DNA of 63,938 bases, counting the filler, from an uncultured bacterium (GTDB lineage: Bacteria; Latescibacterota; UBA2968): assembly GCA_964471275.1 (NCBI GenBank). It is 4 parts of 4 records of this genome, joined end to end, with 100 filler letters (N's around TTAATTAATTAA, not from the genome) between each part and the next. Parts side by side here need not be neighbours in the genome. Positions count along the whole stretch, not along the records: positions 18,475 to 36,801 come from CAYYGZ010000071.1; 3 more parts are not named here. One strand, given 5' to 3'. The position numbers and the translations under genes were made by a program. Positions within the stretch are counted from its first letter, which is position 1, and every line of letters starts with the position of its first letter. Below the pieces are notes generated by a model that saw only the letters and a program-made list of their open reading frames with translations, was not told the DNA's origin and searched no databases. Positions 21,286 to 31,229 of the stretch are shown piece by piece.

Positions 21286-22419
21286 CTACCCCAGGCAAAG
21301 GTGGACACGATCGGAAACGGCGGATGAAGGCAAGTATTCGATGTACTCCAGGTATGACGGGTCTTTGAAGCCGATGGCAGCACGTTTGAGGAGTCCGACA
21401 AACGATGCGCTGTCGTGCTCGGTGATCTGCTGCCAGGTCCACCGTTCGCCCTTTACAGCGTAAGGAACCAGGAAGTCGACGGCCTTTCGGATACTGCGCC
21501 CGTCCGGTGTCTCATAGCGCCATAGATCCACCTCGACAGCTTCTGCGAAGTGGGCGATAGACATGAACGCTATGGTGTTCATCTGGGTGTAGCTCAACGA
21601 CCGGGAGCGGGCCAACTCGTGTGGCTGCGAGCCGTCGGGCTCGATCTGAGTTGCGATTCGACATTCCCTGGCCTCTTCGGCCACCTTCCCTACGATCCGA
21701 GGGTCACCTGTATAGAGGGCCAGCGCGCAAAGCTGAGCATCATACCAGGTGGCGTGATTGTTCTTCGTGTTGGCCTCATCTCTACCCGTATCACTCGATA
21801 CGAGCCATTCTCGATAGGCTTTCATCCACATCAGCAGGCCAGAGCGATCCGTATCTGCGATTGCGCCCGATAGATCCAGCAGACCGATCGCATCGACCAG
21901 GCGTGTGTAGGATGCGGTGTCGATGATGCCAATGCCACGGCCTTCGCATATGCCCGGGATCCCCTGACCATACTCGAGGTGCGGGCTCATCTTTGTGGCG
22001 GGGTCGAGGAACCACGTGCGAATGAGCCGGGCAGCGTGGTCGGCTGCACGGGCATCGTCGAAGAAGTGCCAGCCGAGTGCGAGGGACTCGATAGCAGAGA
22101 CCATCCGGTCCTGTTTTCGGGAGTCGAGGGTTTCGACCTCCGGATTGACTTCACCGTCCTTTCTGATGTAAGGGAGGCCGTCCGGTGTGTCGGGATTCGG
22201 CCACCAATACGGGCCCTGACTCATGTAGTCGTGTTTGTCGCCGCTCGGCGGGACCGGCTCTTTGGTCATCACCGAGACGGGCTCGAACGTGAGCGCGTTG
22301 TCGACGTCCGATCGGAGCGCGTCGACGGCAGGCTGAAGAGATGGATCACCGTCAGCCAGACGGGATTTGGCGTCCTGAAGGGCTGTCCAGGACCAGGTGA
22401 AGAGGCGTGGTTTTGTCAT
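21286..22419 (-). CDS. Alginate lyase family protein
   Basis: PPSGDKHDYMS.GPYWWPNP..GLPYIRKDGE.NPE, GIGIID, NNHATWY, QPHEL.R. Confidence 0.85.
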   Translation of the reverse strand: MTKPRLFTWSWTALQDAKSRLADGDPSLQPAVDALRSDVDNALTFEPVSVMTKEPVPPSGDKHDYMSQGPYWWPNPDTPDGLPYIRKDGEVNPEVETLDSRKQDRMVSAIESLALGWHFFDDARAADHAARLIRTWFLDPATKMSPHLEYGQGIPGICEGRGIGIIDTASYTRLVDAIGLLDLSGAIADTDRSGLLMWMKAYREWLVSSDTGRDEANTKNNHATWYDAQLCALALYTGDPRIVGKVAEEARECRIATQIEPDGSQPHELARSRSLSYTQMNTIAFMSIAHFAEAVEVDLWRYETPDGRSIRKAVDFLVPYAVKGERWTWQQITEHDSASFVGLLKRAAIGFKDPSYLEYIEYLPSSAVSDRVHLCLG

Positions 22420-22808
22420 TGAGGATCGAGGATGGAAGATTTGAGATCAAGGGCATCAACACGCTGACTGGAAGTTCCCTGATCACTATTGTAACTTCTG
22501 GATTGCGTCGAGGACGATGGGTTCAGCGGCGGTATTGCCTACGGTCACGATGCCACCGCCGACCGTGTAGATCCGGTCGGCGGTCGCCTTCGGGATGTCT
22601 CAGTACGGCAACGACTTCGGCATCGCTCTGGACGTCCGCGTCGTCGATTCCTTCGCCGGCCTTGTCCACCAGTACCAGGGCCTCGGTCATATCTGTCCTG
22701 ATCCGTGCCCAGTGGCCGCCGATCGTCTCGATTGTCGGGATTTCCGTGCCTTCGCGGATGTGATGTGTGCTGGGTGGCTAACCCCTTGCGCGGGCGTGAA
22801 GTCGACGG

Positions 22809-23978
22809 TTACTGGGAGGGTGCGTCGCCCCAGTCGGGGACTTCGAGCGTGTTGCCATCCTGTGTGGCGGATTTGTGCGCCATTACACCGGGGGCCATGT
22901 AGCGCACAGCTTCCCAGATGTTGATGGCGGGAACACGGTTGCTGGCGATGGCATCGCAGAATTCGTGTACAAGGAAGGCATGCGATCCGCCGTGCCCACC
23001 GTAGATGCCGCCACGCGTGTTGAGTCTGCTGAAGGCCTCCTGAACGTCACCAGGGAGCGGGTCGCGCATTTCCTCGTTCGTCAACTCCGTGGTGTCGGTT
23101 CGGTCGATCCACTGGCCATTGTTGTACGAACTCTCTGAACCGAAGATGCGAGCCGTTTCCTGGTTGCGATGACCGATCATCCGGAATTCACAGATCCGCA
23201 TCGTGGCGCCGTTGCTCATCTGGTAGATGGCGGTCTCGTTCGCGAATTCGTCTCCGTGCCAGTCATCTGGCTCCGGTGTACGCTGCCCCCAAGCGCTGAC
23301 CTTGAGCGCGTGTGCCTGCATCACGCTAATGGGTCCAGACACAGAGTGCGTGGGATAGTGCATGGGTGGATTCTTGCCACTCCCGTTGTAACGCTTCCTG
23401 AACTCAATCCACTCCCGCCCAGCCTTACTGTCCAGCCGTCGTCTCTGCACCTCACGCAGGTTCGACCTCGGATTGTCGACATCGTGGAAGTACTCGCCCT
23501 CGGCATACACAAAGTGGCCGAAGTCCCCTTCAGCTGCCCGGCGACGACAATACATCATTCCGGCGTGGTAGAACGATGTCTCACCGAGCATATAGTGTTT
23601 GCCTGTTGTCAGACACGCGTTGACGATCTTGTCACACCAGTCGAGGATTTCGTCGCCGTCGGGAACGGACAGGATCGGAACCGCGCTGTATACGTTCTTA
23701 CCAGCCAGCAGGATCTGGTGCGCCTGAGGCGCGTGAAGCCAGGGCTGCGTGATCAGGACAATCGCATCGAGGTCGGACTCGCAGATGGCGTCGATTGAGT
23801 CGAAGGTGTCTTTGAGATCAAATTTGGCGCCGAAATGCTCGCGGTCGATGATGGCCTGGATGCGTTCCGGTTCGCGGTCGCAAAGACCGACGCGGCTGAC
23901 GGCGGGGTGTGCGTGAAAGAGGTCGGCAAAGGCGGTGCCGAATGCGCCGAGGCCGACGAGACCTAAGGATATGGACAT
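22809..23978 (-). CDS. Gfo/Idh/MocA family oxidoreductase
   Basis: VGLGAFG, YSAVP, YMLGET, EGEYFH, PPMHYPTH, GHGGSH. Confidence 0.85.
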   Translation of the reverse strand: MSISLGLVGLGAFGTAFADLFHAHPAVSRVGLCDREPERIQAIIDREHFGAKFDLKDTFDSIDAICESDLDAIVLITQPWLHAPQAHQILLAGKNVYSAVPILSVPDGDEILDWCDKIVNACLTTGKHYMLGETSFYHAGMMYCRRRAAEGDFGHFVYAEGEYFHDVDNPRSNLREVQRRRLDSKAGREWIEFRKRYNGSGKNPPMHYPTHSVSGPISVMQAHALKVSAWGQRTPEPDDWHGDEFANETAIYQMSNGATMRICEFRMIGHRNQETARIFGSESSYNNGQWIDRTDTTELTNEEMRDPLPGDVQEAFSRLNTRGGIYGGHGGSHAFLVHEFCDAIASNRVPAINIWEAVRYMAPGVMAHKSATQDGNTLEVPDWGDAPSQ

Positions 23979-24057
23979 AGGTAGACCTTTGGTTGGGAGG
24001 CGTTTCGGACTCCAAAGGAGCGAGAGGCGTTCCAGGGCGGACGTTTGGTTGGGACCC

Positions 24058-24186
24058 CGTCATCCTGAGCGCTAGCGAAGGATCTCTTTGAGTTCTTGAT
24101 CATCCTCTCGAAGACACCTGCAAGGAGGAGAGACAGGAGAGGGTCCAGATCCCAAAGGGATCCTTCACATTCGGTTCAGGATGACG
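24058..24186. repeat. Palindromic REP/MITE-like element
   Basis: Left arm CGTCATCCTGAGCGCTAGCGAAGGATC pairs with right arm GATCCTTCACATTCGGTTCAGGATGACG. Confidence 0.75.
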
Positions 24187-24231
24187 TCCTGGAACCTGGC
24201 GCGCTTCTGCTCTTCTGGAACGCTTTTGGTT

Positions 24232-25740
24232 CTATGCTCCAGATATTCGCGGCATCGGGATCGATTCCTTACCCATTTCCGCGAACAGGAGCTTGTTGAT
24301 TAACTCCGTTTTCAGCGACTGCGAGTCCGGATCATTCCAGAGGTTGTTGATTTCCTTTGGGTCGGATTCCAGATTGAAAAGCTCGCCATACTCGTGCTGG
24401 TAGTAGACGGTCAGTTTGTGGCGATCTCCGACATACGTCTTGACGTGCAGGGTCAACGGATCGTGGTGGTTCTCGACGATGCAGTGATCGCGGATTGTCT
24501 TCCTGTTACCATACCACACATCGGTCTGATCGATACCGGTCATTGCGTGGGGGATCGGGATGTCGCACGTACTCAGGAAGGACGGGGCGTAGTCGACGAG
24601 CGATTGGAGCGAATCGGAGACCACCCCCTCAGCCACCTTGCCTGGCTGGCTGACGATCATCGGGACACGTACCATATCTTCGTAATGGAATGCGCCCTTT
24701 GCCGTGAGCCCGTGGTGACCGTAGAAGTGACCGTGGTCGGATGTGAAGACGATGAGCGTGTTCTCCGACATTCCGAGCGCCTCGAGCTTGTCGAGGATCT
24801 GGCCGATCTGCTTGTCCATCAAGCTGATCATCCCGTAGTAGCAGGCGATGTCCTTCGCGAGCTCACCCCTGTCGTGCAGATGGGAGCTGAATCCGTGCAA
24901 GCCCTGACCGCTCGATTTGTAGGGGCTGAAGTCCGGATTCTTTGTCTGTGTCATCTGAAAATGAGGCGGGTTGTTGTCGTGTTCACCCTCGACGATCGAC
25001 GGGACCGTCAGCGACTCAGGATCATACATCGTGTCCCAGGGGCGCGGCGCGAGATACTTGGGATGGGGGTCGAAGAAGCTGGACCAGAGGAAGAAGGATT
25101 CGTCGTTTTCTGAATACTGATCGAGGAGCTCACACGAGCGCTCGGCGATCCAGGTCCCATAGTGGAATTCTTCCGGGATCTCCCACGTGCGTTTCTGATT
25201 GGTGTTGTTCCCGGTCGGGGGCCGATAGTAGTCCTTCCAGTGCGCGCATCCCTTCTCTTCCAGCCAGATGGCGTAGTGTTGGCCGACGTGGGCCTCGTCC
25301 GTGTGGTTCCGGGCGAGTTCGACGTGCTCGAAGCCGTAGAAGGTTTTGTCGAATTTCCGCCAGAAGTCGAGATCCTGAAGCGTCGGATAGGATTCGAGCG
25401 AAGGGAACTCTTCCGTTCCGTGGAGCGGCTGAAAATGCGCCTTTCCCACGAGTGCCGTCCTGTAGCCTGCAGCTATAAAGTCCTCGCCGACCGTGTGCTC
25501 GGACTCGAGCAGCTTCGTCCCGAGAGAGTAGGCACCGTGTTGACTCGGATACTTACCGGTCACGAGTGATGCGCGTGTCGGCGTGCAGGTGGGGTTCGGA
25601 CAGTAGTTGCGCCGATAGAGTGTCCCCCGGGAAGCGAGACGATCCAAATTGGGGGTTTTGACCTCAGAGCCGATACAGCTGAGCGTGTCCCAGTGCTGCT
25701 GGTCACTGGTGATCAGAAGGATGTTTGTCTTGTTGGCCAT
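24232..25740 (-). CDS. Formylglycine-dependent sulfatase
   Basis: NILLITSDQ, CTPTRASLVTG (CxPxR), GKAH, DPH, TSDHG..KG. Confidence 0.92.
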   Translation of the reverse strand: MANKTNILLITSDQQHWDTLSCIGSEVKTPNLDRLASRGTLYRRNYCPNPTCTPTRASLVTGKYPSQHGAYSLGTKLLESEHTVGEDFIAAGYRTALVGKAHFQPLHGTEEFPSLESYPTLQDLDFWRKFDKTFYGFEHVELARNHTDEAHVGQHYAIWLEEKGCAHWKDYYRPPTGNNTNQKRTWEIPEEFHYGTWIAERSCELLDQYSENDESFFLWSSFFDPHPKYLAPRPWDTMYDPESLTVPSIVEGEHDNNPPHFQMTQTKNPDFSPYKSSGQGLHGFSSHLHDRGELAKDIACYYGMISLMDKQIGQILDKLEALGMSENTLIVFTSDHGHFYGHHGLTAKGAFHYEDMVRVPMIVSQPGKVAEGVVSDSLQSLVDYAPSFLSTCDIPIPHAMTGIDQTDVWYGNRKTIRDHCIVENHHDPLTLHVKTYVGDRHKLTVYYQHEYGELFNLESDPKEINNLWNDPDSQSLKTELINKLLFAEMGKESIPMPRISGA

Positions 25741-26048
25741 CGGGTGCCTTTCGGGTCCTAAAGAGAAAAATCGGTGTGACGCCCAATCTAATCTGAGGTC
25801 TGATACCGGGCAAGAATACTCGGTCCCTGTACAGAGACCCGGCGATCAACAGTTCAAGGAAATCGCTTGAGGCTGTGCGGAAGCGACTCTTTATCGAAAG
25901 TTTAGCCAGCGCCTTCGGCGTATGGCCATTCCTCGCTCGGGTTCCCAGCCGATGATCCGGCTGTGACGGGCAAGCAAATCATCTTATCGGAGGTCTGCAC
26001 CGTCCTTGTTGCCCAGGTTGTTGTTGGGGTGGGGTAGGGGAGAGGAAT

Positions 26049-26122
26049 CAGGAGGGTCCAGAACTCACCTCGGCTACGCTCGGTGCAGGCGCCGGGATCC
26101 TTCACTTGCGCTCAGGATGACG
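26049..26122. repeat. Second, partial copy of the palindromic element
   Basis: GAGGGTCCAGA...GGGATCCTTCACTTGCGCTCAGGATGACG matches 24139-24186, with an inserted CCTCGGCTACGCTCGGTGCAGG. Confidence 0.7.
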
Positions 26123-26142
26123 GGCGGAAAGGAGATGAGAAG

Positions 26143-26420
26143 ATGAAGCAGCTACTGATGCCGATTGTGATGACGTTGTCGAGTATGCCGATGTTTGCGT
26201 TCGGATACCTGATCAAGGTCAAGAAGCAGGTGAACTTGATCTCGGGTATCGATCTGGATGAGATCAATGATCTTGACAGGTTGCTGAACTGGATGGGGAA
26301 TGTGTTTTGCCTGGTCGGGGTTCTGGGCGACGATCGAGATGGTTTCAATCCGGTTTCCGGCGACGAGCTTGCTGAAGATTGACAGCTCTTCGGCGCAATC
26401 CAGTATGGATGGTTCGGGTA
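26143..26420 (+). pseudogene. Small membrane protein (DUF3784-like), frameshifted
   Basis: AAGGAG RBS, hydrophobic start, GYLIKVKKQVNLISG; the hydrophobic frame is lost near 26320; end approximate. Confidence 0.45.
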
Positions 26421-26670
26421 TAGCTGGCTCTGAGGGAAGTGGGATCCGAGTGTACCACCGGGATCACGGTGGACTCCAGGAAGGCAGGCCGGACCCGGGG
26501 ATGAGGTGTCTCTCCGCAGGAAAGAGTACTGGTCCAGAAATACAAGGAGGGGAGAGAAGGAGATCAACTTAAAAGTGCCCCCGGGGGAACTCTTGCTGTA
26601 TTTACGGCTTAAATCCCGGATTTCGGGGTACATCTAACCAGTGATGTGCTGGATCAGCCGTGCGTGAGGG

Positions 26671-27918
26671 TTATTCGACGTAGGGTCCGGAGTGCTCGAT
26701 CCGGTTGCGGATCCTGGCGTAATCGGCGGAGCCGTCGTCGGGCCTGGATTCGAATCGCATCCCGCGAAGATCGCCTTCCTCGTAGCCCATAACCTGAGGG
26801 AGGCTCTTTGCGCCACCGACAGATTTCTGCGAGTTGTCGAGGATGTAGAGCCGTTTGCCGTCGGGAAGGTGAACGATGCCGATGTGCTCGTGGCGTTCGA
26901 GAGATTTTCGCTCGGCGGCGGATCTGAGGACCTTCTCGTCGACATCGATGCCCAGACCCGGGGTCTCGGGCACGCGAGAGAACCCACCCGTCACGGGGAT
27001 TCGTTCCGTTGTAATGTCTTCGTCGAATTGATCGTCCAGCGTAATCAAGTGGGCCGTGGCGGTTGGGAGGACAGCGGCTTCGTGAAGACTCAGCGCCTTC
27101 ATCAGCGTGGACCCGGATTGCTGGATGAGCACCTGAACATTTGATCTGCCGTAGGCGAGCCCTTCCTGCAGGACACGACCGATCGACCCGCCTGTCATAT
27201 AGATGTCCGCACAACCGTGGATGACTTCTGGCATTCCGCCCAGCCTTGGTGTGTGCATGATCACAGGGAGCATCGTTTTGGTGCGAAGAAGCCGCCAACC
27301 TTCGATGTCCGACGAAGGCAGCGGGTCTTCGATGAAACCGACCACGGGGTAGGTTTCGAGTTTGGTGATAAGCGGACCTATGACACCGGGCGTCCGACTG
27401 TGATTCAGGTCCCAGTGAACCTTGAATCCGTCGGGTGCTACGTCCTGTGCGGCCTTCGTCTGCTCAATGATGTCATATCTCGGGTCGCTGTGCATCTTGA
27501 AGACGCGGTATCCCTGGCCAGCCGCCCGCATGATTTCACTCGCGAATACCTCAGGAGGACACGGTCTTGTCCAGGCACCAACCGGCACGGCATCGCGGAC
27601 TTTCTGGCCCATCAGTTTATGGGCCGGTATTTCAAGATGCTTGCCCATCACATCGTAGATCGCCATTCCCAGGGCAGCGTTCAGCGTGTTCTGGATGAAG
27701 TCAAAGGGGTCGCGATCGATCACCGTGGCCGCGTGTGCCTCATCCAGGACGGGCTTCCCTTCCTCGTGGCTCCCGAAGCCGATGATTCCGTTGTCCGTTG
27801 TGACTTTGACCGCCTGGTGCTGGTCGATGTCGTACATCCGTAGATGACCGGCTTCGTTGTCATAGCGCTTCGACAGGGGGATGGTGATGGGGATGATTTC
27901 GACGTTGGTGATCTTCAC
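26671..27918 (-). CDS. Enolase superfamily (mandelate racemase/muconate lactonizing enzyme-like) protein
   Basis: MKITNVE, MAIYDVMGK..P.HKLMG, GYRVFKMH, D.N, IEDP, PETPGLGIDVDE. Confidence 0.85.
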   Translation of the reverse strand: MKITNVEIIPITIPLSKRYDNEAGHLRMYDIDQHQAVKVTTDNGIIGFGSHEEGKPVLDEAHAATVIDRDPFDFIQNTLNAALGMAIYDVMGKHLEIPAHKLMGQKVRDAVPVGAWTRPCPPEVFASEIMRAAGQGYRVFKMHSDPRYDIIEQTKAAQDVAPDGFKVHWDLNHSRTPGVIGPLITKLETYPVVGFIEDPLPSSDIEGWRLLRTKTMLPVIMHTPRLGGMPEVIHGCADIYMTGGSIGRVLQEGLAYGRSNVQVLIQQSGSTLMKALSLHEAAVLPTATAHLITLDDQFDEDITTERIPVTGGFSRVPETPGLGIDVDEKVLRSAAERKSLERHEHIGIVHLPDGKRLYILDNSQKSVGGAKSLPQVMGYEEGDLRGMRFESRPDDGSADYARIRNRIEHSGPYVE

Positions 27919-28069
27919 TGCCGCCTCCTTGTTCGAACTCGCGGGTGGCCGGGCTTGGTCCGTGATCAGATGGTCGGGAACCTGATCTCAGAGGGCAAAG
28001 TCTGTCAGGTATCGAAAAGCCGGACCCTGGATTCTGTCCGGCTTTTCGATACGTCATTTCGAACAGCCA

Positions 28070-29233
28070 CTAGCGGAGGCTGGCGACAGCTCCCTCAATC
28101 CGCTTCAACGCCTCTTCGATGTTCTCGAGAGAATTCGCGTAGGAGAAGCGGAGATAGCCCTCGCCGTATTCGCCGAAACCTGTTCCGGATAGAGAAGCGA
28201 CCCCTGCCTCAAGTAGAATATCCTCGAGTTCCTGAGACGATCTGCCCAGCTCTGTAATGTTCGGGAAGAGGTAAAAGGCGCCACCGGGCAGGCGACAGGT
28301 GATGCCATCGATCGCATTCAGGCCCGCGTGGAAAACGTCGCGTCGTTTGCGGAATTCTTCGAGCATCTCGTGTGATGGTTCCTGAGGGCCGGTGAGCGCG
28401 GCGATGCCGGCCTGCTGGGTGAATGCCGCGGTGCACGAGTTGCTGTTCACCATCAATCGGGCGATGTGCTGTGCTGTCTCCTCGGGCATGACACCGTAGC
28501 CCATCCGCCAGCCGGTCATCGCATATGTTTTTGAAAATCCGTCCAGGATGATCAGTTTGTCGGCCATGCCGTCGAAGGCGGAGATGCTGGCGAACTCACC
28601 GTCATAGACCATACGTGCGTAGATCTCATCGGCAAGTACGGGGATGTTACGTTCAACCGCGATTTCAGCGATGACCTTCAGGTCCTCAGCGGGGACGATC
28701 CCGCCCGTTGGGTTCTGAGGCGAGTTTACGATGATGAGGCTGGTCTTGTCGGTGACCAGGTTCGATATCTGGGCGACGTCGAGGGTGAAGTCCTTTTCTT
28801 CGATCAAGGGTGCGGGCACGGGCTTGGCCCCGGCGAACTTGATGACCGACTCGTAGATCGGGAAGCCGGGGTTGGGATAGATGACCTCCGATCCGGGTTC
28901 GGCAAACGCCAGAATTGTGAAGAACATGATCGGCTTTGCGCCTGGACAGACGACGATCTGATCTGCATTCACATCAATGTTACGGCTCGATGCGACGTCG
29001 TTGGCGATGGCTTCACGTAACTCGGGCAATCCTGCCGCCGGACCGTAATGTGTGAAACCGGAACCCAGCGCCTTCTGTCCGGTTTCGACGATGTGTGCGG
29101 GTGTGTCGAAATCGGGTTCGCCGATCTCGAGATGGATCATGTCTTTGCCCTGTGCTTCCAGAGCGCGTGCCTTAACGAGGACATCAAAGGCGGATTCTGT
29201 TCCCAGCTGTGACATTCGCGATGCATAGTTCAT
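28070..29233 (-). CDS. PLP-dependent aminotransferase class I/II (aspartate aminotransferase-like)
   Basis: GEPDFDTP, NSPQNPTG, DEIY, GFSKTYAMTGWRMG, YLRFSYA. Confidence 0.93.
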   Translation of the reverse strand: MNYASRMSQLGTESAFDVLVKARALEAQGKDMIHLEIGEPDFDTPAHIVETGQKALGSGFTHYGPAAGLPELREAIANDVASSRNIDVNADQIVVCPGAKPIMFFTILAFAEPGSEVIYPNPGFPIYESVIKFAGAKPVPAPLIEEKDFTLDVAQISNLVTDKTSLIIVNSPQNPTGGIVPAEDLKVIAEIAVERNIPVLADEIYARMVYDGEFASISAFDGMADKLIILDGFSKTYAMTGWRMGYGVMPEETAQHIARLMVNSNSCTAAFTQQAGIAALTGPQEPSHEMLEEFRKRRDVFHAGLNAIDGITCRLPGGAFYLFPNITELGRSSQELEDILLEAGVASLSGTGFGEYGEGYLRFSYANSLENIEEALKRIEGAVASLR

Positions 29234-29249
29234 TTTGGTATCGAGCCTT

Positions 29250-30131
29250 TCAGCTCGCCTCCTGCTTTGGTCGGACAGTACCGTCTACGAGGTCGCCTTG
29301 TTGGTAAGACCCCAGTACCCTTAACGTTGCCGCGTGTCGGGCAAGTTCGTCAAGGGCAGCCAGACATTCCGGCTCGGATCGGTTGCCTTCGAAATCGAGA
29401 TAGAAGGTGTATTCGAAGGGCTTTCCGGCGATCGGACGCGATTCGATTTTCTGCAGATTGATGTTGCTCTCGGCAAAAGCACTGAGACTGCTGTAGAGCG
29501 AGCCGGCCTCGTTCTTGAGGCTGAAGACGATCGATGTCTTCGAGGGTTCCTCGGCTTCGACGGCTGTCCTGGCGACGACGACGAAGCGCGTGTAGTTCTG
29601 ATGATTGTCCTCGACGCTCTCCTGCAGGATCTCCAGCTCGTGGTCGATGGCGGCCTGTCGGCTGGCGATCGCCGCAACATCCGTCGCCCCAGATGCCTTA
29701 AGGTCACGCACAGAACCCGCCGTGTCGTGTGTGGGGACGGTGCGCGCATCTGGCAGGTTCCTGATAAGATTTGTGCACTGAGCCAACGCTGGCGACTGCG
29801 AATGGATCTCGCGAATATCCTCCATCTTTACGCCTGCGTTCACGATCAGATTGTGCACGATTCGCAGCTTGGTTTCACCGATAATGCAGAGTGAGCGCTC
29901 GAGCAGCAGGTCGTAGTTGTCAAGGATGCCCCCCATCAAGGTATTCTCGATGGGGACCATCCCGTGCGAGGCCTCACCGGATTCGACGGCTTCGAAGAGT
30001 GCGTGGAAATCGTGACGTGGGAAAACGTCGACCGACTGACCGAAATAGGCCCGTGCGGCCATTTCGCTGTAAGCACCGTAGTCGCCCTGAAAGGCAACGC
30101 GAGGATTGTCTGTCGAGGCTTTACTCGGCAT
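29250..30131 (-). CDS. pheA: Prephenate dehydratase with ACT domain
   Basis: AFQG..GAYSE, PIEN, ALAQC, NYTRF, KIESRP, YTFYLDFEG. Confidence 0.93.
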   Translation of the reverse strand: MPSKASTDNPRVAFQGDYGAYSEMAARAYFGQSVDVFPRHDFHALFEAVESGEASHGMVPIENTLMGGILDNYDLLLERSLCIIGETKLRIVHNLIVNAGVKMEDIREIHSQSPALAQCTNLIRNLPDARTVPTHDTAGSVRDLKASGATDVAAIASRQAAIDHELEILQESVEDNHQNYTRFVVVARTAVEAEEPSKTSIVFSLKNEAGSLYSSLSAFAESNINLQKIESRPIAGKPFEYTFYLDFEGNRSEPECLAALDELARHAATLRVLGSYQQGDLVDGTVRPKQEAS

Positions 30132-31068
30132 GGATGAGCGTCCGGAGATGGGCTTCTACACTGAGCGAAAGGCCTTCGAGGTCGTAGCCGCCTTCGAGTA
30201 CGGAAATTAGATGGGCATCAGCGTGATCGGATGCGATTGAGATTGCCCGCTCGGTCATCTCTGAAAAACCGTTCTCAGTGACTCGCGTAGCGGATAGCGG
30301 ATCATTGATGTGGGCGTCAAAGCCTGCCGAGATAATCACAAACTGTGGCTTGAAGGCATCCATCGCCGGGATGAGCTCCGCATCGAGTATGTTGAGATAC
30401 TCTTCGTCGTCGGCTCCGCCGCCGACCGGCGCGTTCAGTGTGGCGCCGATGCCGTCACCGAGTCCCCTCTCTTCCCGAGCCCCCGTGCCCGGGTAGTGTG
30501 GAAACTGGTGAATGCTGAAGTAGAAGATGCTGGGGTCGTCCTCCAGGATGTGTTGTGTACCGTTTCCGTGGTGAACATCCCAGTCGAGTATCATTACACG
30601 CTCAACACCGTGTTTCTCCTGAGCGTAGCGTGCCGCGATCGCAACGTTGTTGAACAGGCAGAAGCCCATCGCGCGATCGAATTCCGCGTGATGACCGGGT
30701 GGTCGCACGGCACAGAAGGCACGATCCGCCTCCCCGGAGAAGACCTGGTCTGTTGCCTTGAAGGTGGCTCCTACTGCCAGCCTCGCGATGTTGAAGGAAC
30801 TAGGAGACAGCATGGTTTCGTAATCTTCCATGCTGCCGGCGTCCTGCTTGCAGCGGTCCTTGACGTTCCTCACGTGCGCGGTAGAGTGGGCCCGCGCAAG
30901 CCACTCTTCGTCTGCGTGGTCCGGCACCGTTTGTACCAAGTCAGACGCCAGACCCGACTCGGACAACCGTGCGTGCAGGGCACGTAAGCGGTCAGGGCGT
31001 TCTGGATGACCTTCGCCCGTATCGTGCGCTTCGTAGTCAGGATGGCTGATGAATGAGACCGTCTTCAA
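30121..31068 (-). CDS. Histone deacetylase family amidohydrolase
   Basis: HPERPDR, RPPGHHA, GFCLFNNVA, DWDVHHGNGTQ, SAGFDAH, LEGGY; TTG 31068 is the likely start. Confidence 0.93.
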   Translation of the reverse strand: MKTVSFISHPDYEAHDTGEGHPERPDRLRALHARLSESGLASDLVQTVPDHADEEWLARAHSTAHVRNVKDRCKQDAGSMEDYETMLSPSSFNIARLAVGATFKATDQVFSGEADRAFCAVRPPGHHAEFDRAMGFCLFNNVAIAARYAQEKHGVERVMILDWDVHHGNGTQHILEDDPSIFYFSIHQFPHYPGTGAREERGLGDGIGATLNAPVGGGADDEEYLNILDAELIPAMDAFKPQFVIISAGFDAHINDPLSATRVTENGFSEMTERAISIASDHADAHLISVLEGGYDLEGLSLSVEAHLRTLIHAE

Positions 31069-31088
31069 GGACGAGACCGGAAGAGCAA

Positions 31089-31150
31089 GAGGTGAAAGGG
31101 CAGAGGGCAAGCAAAAAACGGCAGACGGCAATTGGCAGAAGCAAGAGGCG
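31089..31150. repeat. Degenerate 7-bp tandem repeat
   Basis: agggcag agggcaa ... acggcag acggcaa ttggcag aagcaag units in the HDAC leader. Confidence 0.55.
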
Positions 31151-31229
31151 GCCCTGCCTTCTCCCGTCTCACACTTTTCCTGCAGACTGCGCTGCAATAT
31201 AGGTCTGAGATCCCGGACGGGAAAGACTG

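Noticed and set aside
24058..26122. Repeats as a CRISPR array
   Set aside because: Only two non-regular copies, no spacer periodicity and no cas genes
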